Assembly (NCBI GenBank): GCA_900319905.1
Contig: ONQB01000001.1
Span: 82,343-146,342, forward strand
Reading direction: 5' to 3'
DNA: 64,000 nt
Origin: an uncultured Prevotella sp.
Lineage (GTDB): Bacteria > Bacteroidota > Bacteroidia > Bacteroidales > Bacteroidaceae
Positions 59,693-64,000 of this stretch are shown here, in pieces. The notes beneath the pieces were generated by a model. It was not told where the DNA came from. It saw only the letters and a list, made by a program, of their open reading frames with translations, and did not search any database. Every line of letters starts with the position of its first letter. Position 1 is the stretch's first letter. Made by a program: the position numbers and the translations under genes.

Positions 59693-61252
59693 TTACAGGA
59701 TGAGGTTGACCAGATAAAGCACGATGGGAATGGTGACGAAGGCGATACCTATGAAGTCGATGACGACACCGGTCTTTATCATCTTGGTGATAGGCACGTA
59801 GCCACTGGCGTAGACGATGGCGTTGGGTGGCGTGGAAACAGGCAGCATGAAGCCGAGCGATGCCGAGAGGGCAACACCCACGGCGACGGGAACTGGATTG
59901 TAGCCAGCGGCCACAGCGGCGCCGATGGCCAGTGGCCCTACCATGTTGGTGGCTGCGGTGTGGGAAGTAAGCTCCGACATCAGCAGCGACACGACGCAGA
60001 ACACGGCTACGAGCAACAGCTGTGACGGCTCGCCGCCCATCCAACCGACGATGTTGTCGCCAACCCATTGCGACAAGCCCAGACTGTACATCATGCCGCC
60101 CATGGCCAATCCGCCGCCAAAGAGCAACAGCGTGCCCCACTCAATGCCATCCACGGCTTGCTTCCATGTGATGACGGGACGCGGCTTGCCCTTCTCGTTC
60201 TTTCCACCAGGAAGTACAAAGAGCACAAGCGCACCCACCATGGCTGCAATGGCTTCAGGGAAGAGGTGGTTGTACGACTTCACGACAGGACTTGAGCTTC
60301 CATAGATCATGCTCAGGATGCCGGGCGTGATCCATAGCGTAACGGCGATGGCAAAGCCTACCATCGTGTTCTTTTGTGCTAAAGTCCATTTGCCGAGAGC
60401 CTTTCGGCGTTCCTCCACAAACTCATGGGCGCCTTCAATGCGCTTGACGTCGGCAGGAAACATCTTGCTCAGCACGATATAGGCAATGATGAAATAGATG
60501 ACCATGGCCACAAAGCCCCAAATCATCCATTGGAAGAAGCCAATGTTGATGTGGCATAGCTCGTCGAGGAATCCCAGCATGATGATGTTGGGAGGCGTGC
60601 CGATGGGTGTCAGCACACCGCCGATGGAGCAGGCGTAGGCCGTCATCAGCATCAGTCCTGTGGCATATTTGTAGGTCTTAAGGTTGATGTTGCGCCCCTT
60701 GGCAGCCATCATCTCCCGGATGGCTTCCAGCAAACCGAGGGCAATGGGAAACATCATGGCTGCGGTGGCGGTGTTGCTAATCCAGCCGGAGCAGAGCATG
60801 CAGGCCAGACCAATGGCGAAGAAGATGCGTTTAGGGCTGTCGCCTACCCAGCGCATCGACACGATGCCATACGAGATGCGCCGGTCGATGCCGTTGACAG
60901 TCATAGCCTTGGCAATGATGAAGCCGCCCATGAAAAGGAAGATAGTGGGGTTGGCAAAGGCTGCGAATGCTTCCTTCATGGTTGTCACGCCAAGCACCAC
61001 GCACAGTGTGGGACCAAAGAGTGAGGTGACGGGGATGGGCACCGGTTCGGTAATCCACCATAGACAGACCAGTGTCATGATGGCCAGCAACTTGTGGGCT
61101 TCTGGCGAAAGGGACGGAATGGGAGTCAGCCATACCAGAATGGCACAGATAGGACCGCAGATGGCTCCGAACCATCTGCGTCTTCTGTCAAACGAGTTGT
61201 TTCGAGTCTCTTCGTTGTTCACGATGGGAGCCCCTTGGGGAATAGAGTCCAT
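59693..61252 (-). CDS. DASS/SLC13 family anion:sodium symporter
   Basis: WWITEPVP, ISNTAT, TPIGTPPN, SHTAAT, LPVSTPPNAI. Confidence 0.9.
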   Translation of the reverse strand: MDSIPQGAPIVNNEETRNNSFDRRRRWFGAICGPICAILVWLTPIPSLSPEAHKLLAIMTLVCLWWITEPVPIPVTSLFGPTLCVVLGVTTMKEAFAAFANPTIFLFMGGFIIAKAMTVNGIDRRISYGIVSMRWVGDSPKRIFFAIGLACMLCSGWISNTATAAMMFPIALGLLEAIREMMAAKGRNINLKTYKYATGLMLMTAYACSIGGVLTPIGTPPNIIMLGFLDELCHINIGFFQWMIWGFVAMVIYFIIAYIVLSKMFPADVKRIEGAHEFVEERRKALGKWTLAQKNTMVGFAIAVTLWITPGILSMIYGSSSPVVKSYNHLFPEAIAAMVGALVLFVLPGGKNEKGKPRPVITWKQAVDGIEWGTLLLFGGGLAMGGMMYSLGLSQWVGDNIVGWMGGEPSQLLLVAVFCVVSLLMSELTSHTAATNMVGPLAIGAAVAAGYNPVPVAVGVALSASLGFMLPVSTPPNAIVYASGYVPITKMIKTGVVIDFIGIAFVTIPIVLYLVNLIL

Positions 61253-61401
61253 ACGCTATAGGTTTTTTGGTTAAACGGGTATCGTCTGTGGTGAGACAAA
61301 CGGTTGATAACTATTGTTGGCGAATAAGAGTATGAAGGGATTGTCGAAAGGGGTTGTGGAATAATCTTGTTGAGGTTGTGGGGTTTATGGAGTGTGGATT
61401 T

Positions 61402-61429
61402 CCTTTCCGCGCATTAATGCGCGGAAAGG
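61402..61429. repeat. Perfect 28-bp palindrome downstream of lpxH
   Basis: cctttccgcgcatt|aatgcgcggaaagg. Confidence 0.9.
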
Positions 61430-61447
61430 GACGGGGGAGAGAAAGCA

Positions 61448-62227
61448 CTATGGCCTCGACTCTCCTTCGACATATTCTTCCAGGAATAAGTGCTCGCCGT
61501 CGAACACTGCATAGGTGAACTGTGTGATCCAGTCGCCGAGGATGAGCATCCGGGCCGTATGACCTTCGGTGCGTGGCAGGTTGAGGTCGAGCTCTATGTG
61601 CCTATGGCCATAGATGAAATAGTCGATGTTGGGGTGCGTCTTCATGTATTCCTTGGTCCAAAGCACAAGATACTCCTTGTCTTCTCCCATATAAGGCGGC
61701 TCCTTTCCGTCGACACGCTTCAGTCTGCTGTGCTTGGCCCAGTTGAGGCCTAGCTGCATGCCCCACCACGGATGCATGAAGTTGAGCAGCCGTTGGCAGG
61801 TACGGTTGTGAAACATCCAGCGTAAGAACTTGAAATCTGTATTGGGATCGCCGAGTCCGTCCCCGTGGGCGAGATAGAACACTTTGCCGTGCAGCTCGGT
61901 GGTGAGCGGCTGCCGATGGACGATAAGGCCGCATTCCTCCTCGAGGTAGCCATAGGTCCAGATGTCGTGGTTGCCGGTGAAGAAGTGCACTTCCACGCCC
62001 ATGTCGGTCAGTTCCGACAGCTTGCCGAGAAAGCGCGTATAGCCTTTGGGCACTACATATCGGTATTCGTCCCAGAAGTCAAACATGTCGCCGAGCAGAT
62101 ACACGGCCTCCGCCTTGTCCTTGATGCTGTCGAGGAAGCGCACAAGCCTGCGCTCCTGCATACGGCGGTGAGGTATGGCGAGCGACCCAAGATGGGCGTC
62201 GGAAAGAAAATAGATGTATTTTTTCAT
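61448..62227 (-). CDS. lpxH: UDP-2,3-diacylglucosamine diphosphatase (LpxH-like metallophosphoesterase)
   Basis: FLSDAHLG, LLGDMFDFW, GNHD, HGDGL, GHRH, LGDW. Confidence 0.85.
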   Translation of the reverse strand: MKKYIYFLSDAHLGSLAIPHRRMQERRLVRFLDSIKDKAEAVYLLGDMFDFWDEYRYVVPKGYTRFLGKLSELTDMGVEVHFFTGNHDIWTYGYLEEECGLIVHRQPLTTELHGKVFYLAHGDGLGDPNTDFKFLRWMFHNRTCQRLLNFMHPWWGMQLGLNWAKHSRLKRVDGKEPPYMGEDKEYLVLWTKEYMKTHPNIDYFIYGHRHIELDLNLPRTEGHTARMLILGDWITQFTYAVFDGEHLFLEEYVEGESRP

Positions 62228-62248
62228 AGGCTCTGCCGTTGGATGATG

Positions 62249-62569
62249 TTATTCGAAGCCCAGTTCAATCTTTGCTTCTTCGCTCATCATGCTTTGATCC
62301 CATGCGGGTTCAAACACAAGGTTTACGTTGGCGGCTTTCACGCCGTCCACGCTTTCAAGTTTCGTGCGTACATCCTCGAGGATGAAGTCGGCCGCCGGGC
62401 ATGAGGGAGCGGTGAACGTCATGTCTACGTTCACGGTGCCGTCGTCCTGCAGGTCAATCTTATATATCATGCCGAGGTCATAGATGTTGACGGGTATCTC
62501 AGGGTCGTACACGGTCTTTAATACATCTACGATGCGCTCTTCTGTTTTTGTCTTCTCTTCTTGTGTCAT
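62249..62569 (-). CDS. DUF59/SufT-like Fe-S cluster assembly protein
   Basis: VYDPEIPVNIYDLG, MTFTAPSCP, FEPAW. Minus-strand TAAGTTTG box at 62599-62606. Confidence 0.9.
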   Translation of the reverse strand: MTQEEKTKTEERIVDVLKTVYDPEIPVNIYDLGMIYKIDLQDDGTVNVDMTFTAPSCPAADFILEDVRTKLESVDGVKAANVNLVFEPAWDQSMMSEEAKIELGFE

Positions 62570-62711
62570 TTGATACTTCAATTACTTTGCTTTATTTGCA
62601 AACTTAAGCAAAATAATTGAGTCCCGCAAGAAATATGACAAATTATTGTTGGAAGTGTAGGAATAAAGAGGTCAGCGCCCGGGCTTGGTTCGGGCCGTTG
62701 CAGTCTGACGG

Positions 62712-63398
62712 TTATACTCTTCCTTTTTCCCGGTAGCTATAGTAGGCACCATCAGTGACGATGACATGGTCGAGGAAGTAGATACGCATGATGTCGCATG
62801 CCTTATGTATGCGGTCGGTGAGCTGGTCGTCCTGTCGGCTGGGATGGGTGTTGCCGCTGGGATGGTTGTGGCAGGCGGCGATGACCGTAGCATTGTTGAT
62901 GATGGCCTCGCGCATGATGACGCGTATGTCGACGGCCGTCTCGGTGATGCCTCCATGACTGATGCGCACCTCCTTGATGAGCTTGAAGCTCTGATTCATC
63001 AGCAGGATGTGAAACTCCTCCACGTCCAGGTCTTGCATCTTGGGATGCATGAGCTCATAGATGGCCTGTGCCGAGTCGAGTTTGCTGCGTTCCTCGGCTT
63101 TCTCCCTTGCGCGTCGCTTGCCCAGCTCGCAGGCAGCCAGAATGGTGATGGCTTTGGCCGGTCCGATGCCTTTGAATGTCTCGAGTTGTCTGATGGTCAT
63201 CTTGCCCAGCGTGTTAAGGTTGTTGTTGCAGTCGTTGAGGATGGTCTTCATCAGGTCGACGGCGCTCTGTTTGGCCGTTCCCGATCCGATAAGGATGGCC
63301 AGCAACTCAGCATTGGTGAGCGCTTCGGCGCCCATCGACTCCAGTTTCTCCCGTGGGCGGTCTTCGGCTGCCCAGTCGTGAATGGTCAGGTTTTGCAT
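62712..63398 (-). CDS. radC: RadC/JAB-domain protein
   Basis: Start MQNLT at 63398; DRPREKL, ELLAILI, GIGPAKA, HNHPSG...PS..D, LDHVIV. Confidence 0.92.
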   Translation of the reverse strand: MQNLTIHDWAAEDRPREKLESMGAEALTNAELLAILIGSGTAKQSAVDLMKTILNDCNNNLNTLGKMTIRQLETFKGIGPAKAITILAACELGKRRAREKAEERSKLDSAQAIYELMHPKMQDLDVEEFHILLMNQSFKLIKEVRISHGGITETAVDIRVIMREAIINNATVIAACHNHPSGNTHPSRQDDQLTDRIHKACDIMRIYFLDHVIVTDGAYYSYREKGRV

Positions 63399-63438
63399 AG
63401 TTAGGAAGGTTTTAGGAAAGGTGGAGATGGCCGGACTA

Positions 63439-64000
63439 CTACTTGTTGATGAAGAGTGTCCGTGCCACCCGTTGGTAATCATCGTTGCCGTCATTCTTCG
63501 CCGGTTGGATGCCTAAGAGATGGCTGACAATGGCATAAACGGCGGTGTTGTTGAACGCTCCGAGGCTGACACCTTGCTGTATGTCGGGACCACAGGCTCG
63601 GAACAGCGCATGCATGTCGCTGTAAGCTGGATCGTAGCCGTGCATGCCGCCGTCGTGACAAGTCTCATCGGTGAAGAGCCATCCCTCGTCGCAGAGCACC
63701 ACGACGTCGCCGATGTTCGGGTCGGCCTGATAGTGCAGCCATTGCGGCATGTCGGCTTTGCGCCAGGCGCGGAGGTGAGCCACGTGGCTCAGTGCCTTGA
63801 CAATGCTGTCCTGCTGCCATCGCTCGGGTGCGTAGATATTGGTGGGCAGGCTGCCTTCCACGGATTTGTACCAGGTTGGCTTTAAGTATTGGTTCACGCT
63901 GATCTGCCTTGAGGGCTTAAACCATGTCATGCCATGATCGGAGAGCACTACGATGTTGACGCTGTCGCTGAGGCCAGCCTTCGCGATGCGGCTGCGCAGT
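63439..64000 (-). CDS. Alkaline-phosphatase superfamily nucleotide pyrophosphatase/phosphodiesterase (5' end beyond window)
   Basis: NIVVLSDHGM, GMHGYD, MHALFRACGP, LLGI.PA.NDG; frame is open to the window edge. Confidence 0.85.
   Translation of the reverse strand, partial: LRSRIAKAGLSDSVNIVVLSDHGMTWFKPSRQISVNQYLKPTWYKSVEGSLPTNIYAPERWQQDSIVKALSHVAHLRAWRKADMPQWLHYQADPNIGDVVVLCDEGWLFTDETCHDGGMHGYDPAYSDMHALFRACGPDIQQGVSLGAFNNTAVYAIVSHLLGIQPAKNDGNDDYQRVARTLFINK

Noticed and set aside
62712-63398. radC as a marker of a mobile or anti-defence element
   Set aside because: It is the full-length chromosomal type with an N-terminal HhH, in a housekeeping context.

Overview
A Bacteroidota chromosomal window, most likely Prevotella/Xylanibacter-like. 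This assignment is inferred from TAnnTTTG promoters, SusC/SusD pairs, an HTCS and T9SS C-terminal domains. Housekeeping genes occupy 1-13.9 kb (TPR, DUF4292, EnvC-like, ArgE-like, acyl-CoA ligase, prfB, CYTH, VanZ, two NSS transporters, ComEA-like, tRNA-Phe, tRNA-Pro) and 51-64 kb (membrane PPase, murF, folP, dacA, pta, ackA, DASS transporter, lpxH, DUF59, radC, NPP phosphodiesterase). Between them lies a ~36 kb complex-xylan utilisation locus: three fasciclin lipoproteins, two SusC/SusD pairs, GH30, a 1111-aa apparently non-catalytic T9SS protein, an HTCS, and an opposite-strand GH10-CE1/GH98/GH115/GH51 operon. The most notable observations are five. (1) An unnamed ~175-aa domain is shared by the 1111-aa protein and the GH98. 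(2) A TGAGAC-type direct repeat with 21-bp spacing starts exactly 37 bp before the -7 box at all three structural-gene promoters. (3) Two inverted copies of a palindromic element bracket the HTCS gene. (4) There is a 115-bp MITE-like element with a 5-bp target duplication. (5) Three unrelated tandem arrays share a 22-bp period. All family calls come from motif recognition by eye; no searches were run.
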